Shown here one piece after another: positions 1 to 9,953 of a DNA stretch of 64,000 nt. Each line of letters starts with the position of its first letter. Position 1 is the stretch's first letter. The stretch is from NCBI GenBank assembly GCA_903835385.1, contig CAILMQ010000046.1, positions 4,861 through 68,860 on the forward strand, in the 5' to 3' direction. The translations under genes and the position numbers were made by a program. A model generated the notes under the pieces. The model saw nothing but the letters and a program-made list of their open reading frames with translations. It was not told the origin of the DNA and did no database searches. The stretch comes from an uncultured Candidatus Micrarchaeota archaeon (GTDB lineage Archaea; Micrarchaeota; Micrarchaeia; Anstonellales; Bilamarchaeaceae).

Positions 1-3000
1 CCCCTCTCCGACCAGGGTGGCTGACGTGGACGACGTCATCTGCCATACGTCGTTGCTCGTGGCTCCGGATTTCTGCCTTTCCCATGCCGTGGCTGCGAGC
101 TCGCTCGCCTGCACGCCGTACCATTCGCCGACCTCAGGTATGTAACTCGGCGCGAGCAGGTACGCCTTGTTCATGGCAAGCAGCGGCAAAACCGCGGGAA
201 TGGGCAGCATGAGCCTGCCCTCTATGGCCTTTTCCACGAAGAAGCGCCTCTCCGTGCGGAGTATGTCCGGGACCGCCTGCGACGAATCCGTGACCGGAGC
301 CGCCTGGCGCATTTCCAGGATGAGCTGTGCGGACACCACGGTCTCGTAAACATGCTTCGGTATCTGGACCACGATGCGGGCGGCCGGTATGAAAAGCTCG
401 GCGTACTGGCTCTGCTCCGTGGGCTTGATTATGCGCACGTCGGTGTACTCCTCCTTCACCTCGTCCTTGAGCGTGAATATGTCCGTGAAGAGCTTGTTCA
501 GCTTTCCGGGAAGCGAGTTGTAATAGGAGCCTAGCTCGCGGTAGTGGCCGCCAGGATAGAACACGCTGCTGTATCCGGATATGACGCCGAGTATGGCTGC
601 TATGGAATTCGGGTCGTAGCTGAGCAGGCCCCAGGACCTGTGCTTGCCTTTGCTTGGCGCCGCCTCGTCCACAGGCACCTGTGTGTCGCCGCTTATGCGC
701 TTGAGCAGCAGCGCGGCATGCGAGCCGGGTATGTTCCTGAGCCCGAGCACGGTCGCCCCGAACCTGGCCCATGTGGTGTTGTCCCAGGCTGCGATTGCGG
801 GGTTTATCTGCCTGAACTGCCGCAGCAGCTCGTACTGCGTCTCCAGCGACAGCGAATTGAAGGCGTCGTACACCTCTCCGCCCGCGTTCATTGACACGGT
901 CGGCTGGAGCGGCTGCTGCTGGCCTGGCACCTTCTGGGAGAACTGGTACTCGATTGTCTTGGCCTTGAGCTCCGAGAGCAGGAAGCTGCGGTCAACGAGG
1001 AAAGCGGAATCCCCAGTTATCTTGAGCAGTGCTGCGGGAAACGAGGAATAGCCTTTCTTGTTGCTTTCCTCCTCGTGCCAGTCCGAATAGAGCTGTATTG
1101 CGAGGCGGTCCCTGAACTCGGGCTTGAGCTTGCCGAGCACATCGTCTATGAGGCGTATCTGCGAGGCCCAGAATTCCGCTGCGCCTTTGGCGCCCGTGAC
1201 GTTTTCCGCGCCCAGGGCGTCTATTTTGACCGCGGTCTGGCTTATTGCCTGGGACAGCGTGGCCTTGAAATCGCTGGAGACCGGCATGGTGAGGCCGTCG
1301 ATGTTCTTCTTCAGCGCGTCCATCTGGCTCTTCATCAGGTCCGTGGATGACAGGTTGAGATATACCGTCCTGACATAGGCGAGCGTGGCCTTGAGGTTCG
1401 CCACGTTCGTCCTGATTTCCTGGATGTCGAATCCGCTTGCCTGCAGCCGCGTGGTGTAGAGCCAGCCGAGGTCCCTCATGGCCTTTGTGGAGTCCATTGA
1501 GACCAGCAGCGCTTCCATCCTGGCTATCCAGCCGTCGGTTATGGAATATGCATAGCTGAGGGGATTGCCCGTCTTGGGGTCCTTGCCGTTATAGATGCGG
1601 ACCAGGGTCCGAACGTCCATGTCCGCGCTCCTGACCACGAGCTCCATGGTTTCCGCTGTCGGAATGTTCCGGAACAGTACGTCGGCCTCGGCGTAGGAGG
1701 AGCCCCTCTGCCTGAGCACCTGCAGCCTCTCGGACCATTCGTCCAGATGCACCCGCACGCGCGGGTCCATGTTCATGCCCTTGGCCTTGAAATAGCTTTC
1801 CAGCGCTTCGAGGTCCCTCTGGGCGCTGTCCAGCTTCTCGTTTGTCTGCTCCTGCGTGTAGACTTTCTTTGGCAGAACGAAGCTGATGGAAGAGCTTATG
1901 GCGTTCACGAATTCCGCGCCGTATTTCGGATGGAACCGCGCGGGTTGCGGGGAGGACGATTTCAGGTCGTCGTACACCGACTCCACGGCGCGACAGAACG
2001 CAGCCGCGGACTTCTCGTCCCTGAGCTGGCCGAACCTTTTCTCGTATTCCGAGACCATCCCGGCCAGCTTCGCGGAGGAGGAAACTTCGTCGTGGAACGC
2101 CACGGCGAATGCCGCGCCCGCCATCTGCCATGAGCGCACGAACTGGAACGTGTGGACGTTGTCCTTCGGGTCCTCGAGCACATGCTCCAGGTACGACACC
2201 GCCTTCTTCGCCCGCTCGCCTTCGAGCTTCGATGCCAGGTAGGACAGCATGGGCGCGGAATACTTGTCAGCCATCCATTTGAGCGCGTCCGGCCCCTGCT
2301 TCCGCAAATCGGCCAGGGCTCCGGCCACGGAATCGCAGAATGCGCCGTAGTCCACGTAGCGCATGCCCTGTTTTTTTGCCAGGGCGTCCGCCGCCTCCTG
2401 GAGCGCGGGCGCGCGCTTGGACAGCTCCGACTGCAGCGATGCGATGAACGCCGCCTGCCTTTCGCTGAGCTCGGCCGGCTTGAATTTCTGGATTTCCTTG
2501 TGCCATGCCTCCTTGAACGCGGTTAATCTGCTTGCATCGGCGCTATCCGCGAAGTCCGCGAGCGCCGCGGCTGCCGCTGCCGCGCTCGCGCCTTTTTTCA
2601 TGGTGCTGAACTCCTCCACGAATGCCGAACCGTATTTCCTTTTCACGCGCTCGGCGTCACCCGTGTCCAGCGCATCCCGGGTGTCGATGGACGCGTCCAT
2701 GAAGGAGGCCATGCCCACCGCCGCCTTCTGCAGCGGCTTCTCGCCTTTGGAAAGGTTCTTGTTGTAGGCGTCCACCCGGGCGTCGTCTTTCTCCTGGAAA
2801 CGGGCCGCTGCCTGGGCGAGTGCCGGGTCGGCCCTGAGCTCCTCTGCCCTGGCTTCGAACGAGCCGCTAAAGCGCTTGTCGGAACCGTATATGTCGCGGA
2901 ACTTCTTCAGGCGGCCGTAGTCGTCGCCCGCACCCGTGGCGATGTATCTCTTCGCCGCCTCGTAGGTCCGGTATGCGAGGAATTCTATGAAAAAGACGTC

Positions 3001-3342
3001 GTATTTCTTTTCCATGACCCTGAAGTTCGGCAGGCCCTTGTCAATGAATTCGTTGCACTCTGCGAAGGCAGCCACGAGCGCGTCCAGGTCCGCGGTCTTC
3101 TTTTTGGTGTAGGCGGCGAACGTGGTGAGCAATGGCGCGATTCGCGCATCGCCCTTGATGGCGGCCCTGTACTGGTCCCCGAAACGCTTGAGGAAATCCC
3201 CGTTACCGCTCCATTTGTTCCAAAGCGCCTGGAAATCGTTCCTGCTTTTGGTGTCTCCGAGCATGAACTGCTTGAGCGACTGCACCGCCGCATCCGCGGC
3301 GTCCTGCGGACTTTTGCTTTCTGCCAGAATGGATTCTGCCAT
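1..3342 (-). CDS. Large orphan protein, fifth gene of the giant-protein operon (C-terminus beyond window start; 1114 codons in window)
   Basis: Absent from the ORF track because there is no stop in the window. Manual translation of the minus strand from ATG 3342..3340 (MAESILAESKSPQDAADAAVQSLKQF...) reads stop-free to position 1 (...ATLVGEG). GGGTGA Shine-Dalgarno-like motif lies 8 nt upstream. All listed ORFs in 134..3508 are short Arg/Gly/His-rich shadow frames. No recognisable domain. Confidence 0.75.
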   Translation of the reverse strand, partial: MAESILAESKSPQDAADAAVQSLKQFMLGDTKSRNDFQALWNKWSGNGDFLKRFGDQYRAAIKGDARIAPLLTTFAAYTKKKTADLDALVAAFAECNEFIDKGLPNFRVMEKKYDVFFIEFLAYRTYEAAKRYIATGAGDDYGRLKKFRDIYGSDKRFSGSFEARAEELRADPALAQAAARFQEKDDARVDAYNKNLSKGEKPLQKAAVGMASFMDASIDTRDALDTGDAERVKRKYGSAFVEEFSTMKKGASAAAAAAALADFADSADASRLTAFKEAWHKEIQKFKPAELSERQAAFIASLQSELSKRAPALQEAADALAKKQGMRYVDYGAFCDSVAGALADLRKQGPDALKWMADKYSAPMLSYLASKLEGERAKKAVSYLEHVLEDPKDNVHTFQFVRSWQMAGAAFAVAFHDEVSSSAKLAGMVSEYEKRFGQLRDEKSAAAFCRAVESVYDDLKSSSPQPARFHPKYGAEFVNAISSSISFVLPKKVYTQEQTNEKLDSAQRDLEALESYFKAKGMNMDPRVRVHLDEWSERLQVLRQRGSSYAEADVLFRNIPTAETMELVVRSADMDVRTLVRIYNGKDPKTGNPLSYAYSITDGWIARMEALLVSMDSTKAMRDLGWLYTTRLQASGFDIQEIRTNVANLKATLAYVRTVYLNLSSTDLMKSQMDALKKNIDGLTMPVSSDFKATLSQAISQTAVKIDALGAENVTGAKGAAEFWASQIRLIDDVLGKLKPEFRDRLAIQLYSDWHEEESNKKGYSSFPAALLKITGDSAFLVDRSFLLSELKAKTIEYQFSQKVPGQQQPLQPTVSMNAGGEVYDAFNSLSLETQYELLRQFRQINPAIAAWDNTTWARFGATVLGLRNIPGSHAALLLKRISGDTQVPVDEAAPSKGKHRSWGLLSYDPNSIAAILGVISGYSSVFYPGGHYRELGSYYNSLPGKLNKLFTDIFTLKDEVKEEYTDVRIIKPTEQSQYAELFIPAARIVVQIPKHVYETVVSAQLILEMRQAAPVTDSSQAVPDILRTERRFFVEKAIEGRLMLPIPAVLPLLAMNKAYLLAPSYIPEVGEWYGVQASELAATAWERQKSGATSNDVWQMTSSTSATLVGEG

Positions 3343-3399
3343 AGCCTGTTTCACCCGTGAGTTGTCATTGCTGGCCAGGTTCGGGCCAGCGTGCCTCGG

Positions 3400-4695
3400 T
3401 CAGAGCGGGACTTCATATCTGACCGCCTTTTTTTCAGGTTCCTTTTTCCACGCGGCGGCCGGCCTGTCCCTGTTCTCCGGCTTTATGCGCCAGCAATATG
3501 CCGCGTAGGCGCAAAAAAGCGCGCGGTCCGCAATGCCGTCCGCCTTGAGCGGGGTGTACTCAACGCCCATGTCCGCCCTGAATCTGTTGCTCGTCTTGAC
3601 ATTCTGGTTCAGGTATTCCTGCAGGAGCTTCACGACCACAGATGGTTCCATGGCCGCCGGCACCTTCTTGCCCCCTTCCCGGGTCACCAGCATGAGCCCC
3701 ACCTCGCGCTCGTGCATGCGCACCGTGCGCTTGCCTGCAAGGTCCATGAGCCTGTCGTAGGCGTCGTCCCGCTCATTGCCGGTGACGCGCTTGAACTCGT
3801 CCTTCTTCATGGCTATGAATTTCTCGAACAAAGGGTCATTTTCCTTGAGGTGGTTGAACAGCGACTGGACGAGCAGGTTGAGGGTTTCCATCCGCACCTG
3901 GGACGGCAGCGCCGCAGCGAAGTCCTTTTTGCCCGGACCCTTCTCGAATTCCGCCAGGCCGCGGGGATCGCCTTTGATGAAGGCGCCCACCTTCTCCACT
4001 ATGGTGTCCGCGTATTTCCTTATCCCGGCTGCGGTCTTGAGCGGCGCATCCACGACAGGCACCTCACCTTTCTCCGCCTGCGCCTCTTTCCTGTCCAGCG
4101 GCATTTCCGGCCTGAGGTCCAGCTGGTTCTCGGGATTGCCCTTGTTCCAGCGCCAGAGGTAGGCCGCCGCAGCCACGAGCGTGTCCGCGTCAAGGGGCGC
4201 GATTGCGCCGTCACCCTCGGGTTTTTTGAGCGGCGCAATCTCGCTTGCGTAGAGCTTGTTACCCGAGGCGACATAGTCGAAGAGGAAGCCCCTCACCAGG
4301 CCCATGCGCTCCGCGTCGGATTCCGCACCCTTCATGACTGCGAGCGTCGTGTCGCGCTTTTTTTTCTCCATGGCGTTCGTTACGCCGGCGACTACGATTG
4401 CAGATACCTCCTCGCGGTTCTTTTTGGTTGCGAGCAGCTTCTCGAGCCCGGCCTTGCTTCTTGCCAGGGTGATTATTGCCTCGGGGTCGTGCGCGTTGAG
4501 CGCCTTCCTGACAGTGCCCATGCTGACTTCCATTGGCTCCGGCTCCTTTGCCCGCTTCTTCCCTGAAGCCGGCTTGTCGGCACGCTCTGCCTTCGGGACT
4601 GCTGGCACCGGCGTGGCGCCCTTGGTGGTTTTCGGCTTGGTGGTTTTCGAAGACTTGGTTCCCAGCATGCTGTCCCAGTCGAGACTGTCTGCCAT
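3400..4695 (-). CDS. Orphan protein, 431 aa, Lys/Pro/Thr-rich N-terminus; fourth gene of the giant-protein operon
   Basis: ORF track. The ATG lies 1 nt after the TGA of the upstream gene (GGAGGGAAATGAcATG at 4693-4710), so SD and coupling are present. The antisense 391-aa ORF is a shadow frame. No known motif. Confidence 0.7.
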   Translation of the reverse strand: MADSLDWDSMLGTKSSKTTKPKTTKGATPVPAVPKAERADKPASGKKRAKEPEPMEVSMGTVRKALNAHDPEAIITLARSKAGLEKLLATKKNREEVSAIVVAGVTNAMEKKKRDTTLAVMKGAESDAERMGLVRGFLFDYVASGNKLYASEIAPLKKPEGDGAIAPLDADTLVAAAAYLWRWNKGNPENQLDLRPEMPLDRKEAQAEKGEVPVVDAPLKTAAGIRKYADTIVEKVGAFIKGDPRGLAEFEKGPGKKDFAAALPSQVRMETLNLLVQSLFNHLKENDPLFEKFIAMKKDEFKRVTGNERDDAYDRLMDLAGKRTVRMHEREVGLMLVTREGGKKVPAAMEPSVVVKLLQEYLNQNVKTSNRFRADMGVEYTPLKADGIADRALFCAYAAYCWRIKPENRDRPAAAWKKEPEKKAVRYEVPL

Positions 4696-4696
4696 G

Positions 4697-7600
4697 TCAT
4701 TTCCCTCCTTGTTTCAGCCGGTCGGCCGTGTTGTTGATGAACTCCCGGAAATCTTCAGTGAGCGCCGGGACTTTCACGGCAATGCGACCCCCTTTCTTCG
4801 CCTGCGTAACCTTGATGCCCCTCTCTGACAAAGCATTCTTTCTCTCAATGCCCTCCTGCGCTATCATCACTGCCAGGTTCCTTGTGACCTTGGCTGCGTA
4901 CTGCTTGTTTTCAGCGGTCAGCGCGGCGGCCACGCTCCTGCTGAGTGCGGCTTCAACTGCCATGACGCTCGACTCCTGGTTTGCGGTATCAGTGACGAAC
5001 TTCCCGAAGGCTGCGGATTCCGCCTTGGCTGCAGGCCTGGGGGTTTCAATCACAAGCCCGGCAGGGCCCCGCTTTACCGTGATGCCCGCGCTTGCAAGGG
5101 CCTGGTTGTTGGCATCGTCGTTTGCGAGCGCCTTGTCAACTGTTGATTTGAAGACCGCGTCCCGGACCTGTTTCTCTTTCGGTTTCCACTGCGTTTCGTT
5201 CCTGCCCGGGTAGAGCGCCTCTCCGATTGCCTGCCTGAGCAATGCCTCGCTCTCCGCGGTCACCACGGGTGTCGCTTTTGCAGGGATGCCTGCTTCCCTT
5301 GGCATGACATCGCGCGCAGTCCAGCTCATGAACGGCTCTGTTGTCTGGACATACCAGCGCTCGTGCAACGGTGCCGGTTTAAATCCGACCATGGTATTGC
5401 CGGCACTCCATGCTTCATTGTACCATTTGGCGCGCGCCTCCTCTTCCGCGACATAAGATTTCTGGAGGTTGCTGACCAGGGTGTTGCATATCTCATATAC
5501 GCTGTCCTTGCCTTCGGAAACCTTTCCAATGAACATGGAGCGGTTCCTCTGGAATTCCTTCACCAGCTCAGGGCCGTTCTTTATGTGCTGCTTGTGGTCC
5601 TTGAGCCATTTCAGCATGCCATTGCCTTTTGCGTCCGAATTCAGGTAAACGAATTCTATCAGCCCCCTGTCAAATCCGGGCTTGCTTTCGTCAAGCGGAG
5701 TCAGGCGGGCGAATATCTCGTCGGCGACCGTGTGCTGCGCCCTGGCCTTGTCCAATGAGAGCGTGCCTTCGGCAACGCGCCTCACTATCGTGGGCACGTT
5801 ACCGTAGATTGCCTCTTCCGGCCCGAGCCTGAAGTCATTGAGCCTCTTCGCGGCTTCCGGGTCGGATGCGTATTGCACGAGCATGGCCTGGAAACCAGCC
5901 TTGATTTTCTCGTCATCACGCGAAGTCGCGTACTGGTCATAGAAGTCCATGAGCGAGCCGGCCGGTATCGGCGTTTTAAGCAGGTAGATGGAAGTTATGC
6001 CTGCTTCGGCAAGCGAGTCGCGCACCGAGGGAAGGGTTTCATAGTTCAAAGTCTTCCGCTTCGCCAATTGCCCCTGTATCGCTTCGAGAGTCAGCTGCCC
6101 ATTGGTCTTGCCGGCGCTGGCGCTTCCGGTTTCATCGCTGATTGCCGCGTATATCTGCGATGCGACATCCGCGGCAAAGGTGCGCGGCAGGGAGCCGTCA
6201 CGAATCCCCACCCAGAGCAGCGTGAATAGTTCGGTGTGGTTGGCGCCCAGCACGGTTGCTTTCAGGTAGTTAATCATATCGCGCGTGAGATTGAGCTCCT
6301 TTCCGAAGCGTTCCATGAAGAGTTCGCCCGGAGTGAGGAAGTACCCCTTTTTCCTCCAGTCCCCGGTTACCCTATCATCGAGCGCTTCCTTGATTTCATC
6401 GTCGCTTTTTCCCTGCTGCCTCATGGTTTTTATCAGGCCGTCGACTTCGGCTGCAAGTTCGTTTATGTTGGCCGGGTGTATGAAAAGCCCCGGCCTTTTC
6501 AGCAGCGCATTGAGCTGCGCCTCGTTCTTGGGCGACAGGTCGTCGGCAAGCTTGGAAGAATTGCTGTAGAGGAGCTTGTTGGTAAAGAAGTCTTCCGCCA
6601 CCTGCGAACCCTTCATTTTGTTGGCTGTCTCAATCTTGATGCCCACGTTCCAGGTTTTCGCGAGTATTTCCCTGGCTGCCTCGCGCTCGCGCGCGGTCTT
6701 GCCCCAGGTGAAGTATTTTATGGCCTGGTAGCTCAGGGCCAGGCCGCCCGCGGCCAATATCGTGAAGATCGCGCCCCTGGCAATCCTTCTCGCCCTGACG
6801 CCAGAGACCCTGGCCTCCGCGAATTCGTCGAGCGCCATGCCCGAGGGCACGGCGACCGGAGACGCCCCGAACTTGCCGAGCCTGTACGCTCCCCTGGCAC
6901 CTGCCTCGACGTTCTCGCCTATGGCCGGGAGTATGCCCCTTGCGAATTTTGCCCTTCCCAGACTGGCGGCGCGTATCGCGTTGGCAATCTCCGTGGTGCT
7001 CTGGTCCAGCACGCGCCTGGCTTCGAGCGTGGCGACAAGATCATGATGTTGCCCCATGGCGCCCAGAAGCGTTACAAGATCGGATGCAGTGCTGGGAGCC
7101 GTGAAGGCGGTGCCGATTCCTGAGAGCGCTGTTTCCATTTCCTTAATGGTGTTTGCCTTGGAAAGCTCGGTGAGCAGGGCATTGGAACCAGGACCCAGAG
7201 CCCTGCGCAGGTCCTCCCTGAGAGCCTCGTTCTTGAATATTCCGACTATGGTTTCATCCGCACTGGCCACCGCGCCCGAGGCGAGGCCCTTATCGATTTC
7301 CTGGAGTACGCGCACGCATGCGGGGTCATTTGATTGAAACGACGCACGAAGGAATGTTCTCGCATCACGCGCAAGATTGTTGTAAGCCTGGACCACGGCG
7401 CTCCTTGGCACGATGTTCTTGGAATTGAGCTCAAGCATGAGCGCCGCGTGCTCCTGCCGCGTGATCAGGCCGGCGCCGAATCTCGCGTTGATGACGGCAA
7501 TTGGGTCTGCCTCGCCTTTTCCGATTATCCTTGCCATCCTGACTATCTGGTCGTCCTCAAGCTTCAGCATATCGGGCTTGCGCCTCGCGAGCTGGATGTA

Positions 7601-8155
7601 ATCCGCCGGCTGGACGCGTGCTTCCTTGGCAGACGCGGCAATCACATCCTGCATGAACGGGCGCAAACCCCTGGCGATAACCGGGTCGTTTGATTGGCTG
7701 ATACGGGCAAGCACGTCTTTCCTGAGGTAAAGCCGCTCCAGTATGTCGTAGAGCGAAGCCGTGGTGTCCTTGTCCAGCCTGCCGGTCTTCAGGTGGAGAT
7801 AGACTTTCTTCATTATCTCGAGCGTATCGTCGGCGCTCAGCGCCTTTATCCCTTCCCTGTATTTCTGGCAAAGCGATTTCATTTCCTCGAGGTCGGCGTA
7901 TAAGGAGCGGCCTGCGAGGTTCTTGGCCTCCTTCGCAGCCTGCTTTGAGCGCTTAGCAATGGCTTTATCCATAGCTTTCTGAGCCGCCTTCGCAGGATCG
8001 TAACCGAACACTTTTCTCCCGGCCCGGGTCCAGACTGGAGGCACTGCTTGTGGCGCTGCCTGCGCCTGTGTAGTTGCCTGTGTCGCTGCCTGTGCCGTTG
8101 CATTAGCCGCCGCCTGCTGAGCCTGGTTCGCCATAGCATCACGTCTTTGTTTCAT
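4697..8155 (-). CDS. Giant orphan protein, 1152 aa, Q/A/T low-complexity N-terminus, one central hydrophobic helix
   Basis: ORF track. ATGA overlap with the upstream gene at 8152-8155. Hydrophobic segment RGAIFTILAAGGLALSYQAIKYF is encoded near 6715-6790. No Walker, protease, nuclease or signal-peptide motif seen. Confidence 0.75.
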   Translation of the reverse strand: MKQRRDAMANQAQQAAANATAQAATQATTQAQAAPQAVPPVWTRAGRKVFGYDPAKAAQKAMDKAIAKRSKQAAKEAKNLAGRSLYADLEEMKSLCQKYREGIKALSADDTLEIMKKVYLHLKTGRLDKDTTASLYDILERLYLRKDVLARISQSNDPVIARGLRPFMQDVIAASAKEARVQPADYIQLARRKPDMLKLEDDQIVRMARIIGKGEADPIAVINARFGAGLITRQEHAALMLELNSKNIVPRSAVVQAYNNLARDARTFLRASFQSNDPACVRVLQEIDKGLASGAVASADETIVGIFKNEALREDLRRALGPGSNALLTELSKANTIKEMETALSGIGTAFTAPSTASDLVTLLGAMGQHHDLVATLEARRVLDQSTTEIANAIRAASLGRAKFARGILPAIGENVEAGARGAYRLGKFGASPVAVPSGMALDEFAEARVSGVRARRIARGAIFTILAAGGLALSYQAIKYFTWGKTAREREAAREILAKTWNVGIKIETANKMKGSQVAEDFFTNKLLYSNSSKLADDLSPKNEAQLNALLKRPGLFIHPANINELAAEVDGLIKTMRQQGKSDDEIKEALDDRVTGDWRKKGYFLTPGELFMERFGKELNLTRDMINYLKATVLGANHTELFTLLWVGIRDGSLPRTFAADVASQIYAAISDETGSASAGKTNGQLTLEAIQGQLAKRKTLNYETLPSVRDSLAEAGITSIYLLKTPIPAGSLMDFYDQYATSRDDEKIKAGFQAMLVQYASDPEAAKRLNDFRLGPEEAIYGNVPTIVRRVAEGTLSLDKARAQHTVADEIFARLTPLDESKPGFDRGLIEFVYLNSDAKGNGMLKWLKDHKQHIKNGPELVKEFQRNRSMFIGKVSEGKDSVYEICNTLVSNLQKSYVAEEEARAKWYNEAWSAGNTMVGFKPAPLHERWYVQTTEPFMSWTARDVMPREAGIPAKATPVVTAESEALLRQAIGEALYPGRNETQWKPKEKQVRDAVFKSTVDKALANDDANNQALASAGITVKRGPAGLVIETPRPAAKAESAAFGKFVTDTANQESSVMAVEAALSRSVAAALTAENKQYAAKVTRNLAVMIAQEGIERKNALSERGIKVTQAKKGGRIAVKVPALTEDFREFINNTADRLKQGGK

Positions 8156-9888
8156 TCTTTATCGAATCTGTCCATCATTTCGAAGTATCTTCTGCGCATG
8201 TCCTCTTCCGTCCTTATTGCCACCGGATGCTGCGCCTCGTTTGCGCGCGCGTTGGCTATCACGCCATACACAGCGTCCACCGCAAGCGGGAACGTCGCGC
8301 GCATCACGCCGTACTCAAGGAGCCTGTGCATCGGCGCGTAGCGGAACGCCGACGCGTATTCGGGCAGCATCCTCGCAAGGCCTTCCTGCACGCCGTCCCT
8401 GCGCAGCTGCGCGACGATTCTTGGCCAGCCGTCCGTTTCCACGAGCCTGAGCAGGGCGCGCTGCGGTGCGCGGCTGAACGAGGTGACCGTATAGAACATT
8501 GCATCGGACGCGAGGCGCCGGGAAGCAAGGGGCATTCCCGAAGATACAAGCGATTCCGCGAGTTTTTTTGCGGCCTTGTGGTCTATGTTCATCCGCAGCT
8601 CGTTGAACAGCTCTGCCGCCACTTTTTTCCTGAACCTCAGTGTTCCGGGCATGCTCAGCCCGTTCTCCAGGAAATCGACTGTTCCGGCCTTGAGCCTCCA
8701 GGCAGCGCGGCCGAGTTTCGTCGTTCCGGCCTGCTCGCGCAGATAGCTGCGGATGACATCGCCCGTTATCTCGCTGTCTCCTGCCGTGAGCGCCAGGTCC
8801 CCGAACACCCGCGTCCAGCCAAGGCCCTCGCCCTGCGCAGGCCTTGCCAGCCTGAAGAGGTCGTTGAGCTCGCCGCTTTTCAGCTCGCGGACCGCGGTCT
8901 CGAACACGTCCCGCTCCATGGGGGACATTGCGAGCCTGCCTTCGCCTTTCGCGAATGAATCTATCAATTCCCTGCCGGTTACGCGCGCGACTGTTCTCGT
9001 TGCGAGCTGGCCAACGAGAACGACATCCATGCCTGCCATGGTGAGGTTCAGCGTGATGCTGCCCGCGCCTTTCCAGCTCGCGCCCTTGTCCCACATCACC
9101 CTGACATCGGTTACGGCCGCCTCCAGGGAAGGAATCACAGGCACGAACATGTCATAAAACTCCTTGAACGACATCTCAACCCTCACGCCTTTGGGAGTGG
9201 CTACGCCCCTGCGCTCTATTTCGCGCTCCAATGTGAGGACGGATTCCGGAACCGCCCTTCCGCCCTCGCCAACGAAAACCCTCTCTCCGTGAAGAAGGTC
9301 AATCCCGGCCCTGGGCAGTTCCATTGCAGGCCTTTTCCAGCGCGGCATCGCCTCGCCTTCCTGCGCCCCGATTGTGGCATAGGGCTTTGGCTCCATGTCC
9401 TTCATGGCCTGCTTCTGCCGCTTGTCCCACGAGGCGTGCATGTCTGTCGCCACTTCCACGACAGCCTGCCAGCGCAGCTCGCTGCCGATGTAAACATTCC
9501 TGTAGGAAGGGTCGTCCATGAAATTGTTTATTCCAGCTGCCGCGAGTTTCTTGTACAGCTCGGAACACTGGGCGGACAGTTTCTCAAGCTGGCTTATTAT
9601 TGGCTTCTCCCTTCCCAATCCCTGGTTCATGAGCATTGCGAGGAATTCGTCGTCGTATGGCGGCCTTCCGAGGAGCCGCGATTCCCAACCGCCCATTTCG
9701 ATGTTTGCGGCCTTGGCTGTTTCCAGCCTCTGCTTGAGGTATTCGAACTGGCGCTCCAGCGCCCTGAGCTGGCCGCGCAGCTCCTCCACTTCCTTCTTCC
9801 TGGGCACCACTCCGAGTGAGGTCTTCAGTGGTAATGTCTGTTCCGCCTCAGGTTGTTTCTTTTCCCGGGCGAAAGTGGGTCCCGCCAT
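8152..9888 (-). CDS. Orphan protein, 578 aa, N-terminal coiled-coil-like segment; second gene of the operon
   Basis: ORF track. Heptad-like EELRGQLRALERQFEYLKQRLETAK near 9700-9800. TATA-like box 27 nt upstream of the ATG. No known domain. Confidence 0.7.
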   Translation of the reverse strand: MAGPTFAREKKQPEAEQTLPLKTSLGVVPRKKEVEELRGQLRALERQFEYLKQRLETAKAANIEMGGWESRLLGRPPYDDEFLAMLMNQGLGREKPIISQLEKLSAQCSELYKKLAAAGINNFMDDPSYRNVYIGSELRWQAVVEVATDMHASWDKRQKQAMKDMEPKPYATIGAQEGEAMPRWKRPAMELPRAGIDLLHGERVFVGEGGRAVPESVLTLEREIERRGVATPKGVRVEMSFKEFYDMFVPVIPSLEAAVTDVRVMWDKGASWKGAGSITLNLTMAGMDVVLVGQLATRTVARVTGRELIDSFAKGEGRLAMSPMERDVFETAVRELKSGELNDLFRLARPAQGEGLGWTRVFGDLALTAGDSEITGDVIRSYLREQAGTTKLGRAAWRLKAGTVDFLENGLSMPGTLRFRKKVAAELFNELRMNIDHKAAKKLAESLVSSGMPLASRRLASDAMFYTVTSFSRAPQRALLRLVETDGWPRIVAQLRRDGVQEGLARMLPEYASAFRYAPMHRLLEYGVMRATFPLAVDAVYGVIANARANEAQHPVAIRTEEDMRRRYFEMMDRFDKE

Positions 9889-9910
9889 GGTATAATATGG
9901 AGGGCAAAAG

Positions 9911-9920
9911 AATATAAATA
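9911..9920 (-). promoter_or_regulatory. TATA-like box (TATTTATATT on minus strand) inside the giant operon
   Basis: Only A/T-rich block in the 65-nt gap 9889-9953. Its centre is 27-28 nt from ATG 9888, the spacing seen at many genes in this window. No SD precedes this ATG. Confidence 0.45.
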
Positions 9921-9953
9921 CGGGAGAAAATTGGAAAAAAGAAGGAAATGCCG

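Noticed and set aside
3343-3402. The 431-aa and at least 1114-aa genes are in the same frame, separated by TGA plus 19 sense codons. This raised the possibility of stop-codon readthrough or a split gene.
   Set aside because: A well-placed GGGTGA SD and an ATG at 3342 explain independent initiation. No recoding signal is visible. It cannot be excluded without homologue comparison.
134-3508. About 20 short ORFs (60-212 aa) listed in the ORF track for the first 3.4 kb
   Set aside because: They are explained by one continuous minus-strand reading frame (3342 to 1) that the track omits because its stop lies outside the window.
3391-4566. 391-aa plus-strand ORF, and similar long ORFs: 6236..7123 +, 11925..13298 +, 14342..15217 +, 14745..15779 +, 20452..21297 -, 23071..24081 -, 31772..32779 +, 35215..36558 +, 37250..38086 -, 42056..43108 -, 52754..53638 -, 58065..59042 -
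   Set aside because: All lie antisense to, or out of frame with, genes that have clear family motifs or better coding character. Their translations are Arg/Gly/His/Pro/Leu-rich and low in Lys/Ile/Asn, as expected for shadow frames in high-GC DNA.
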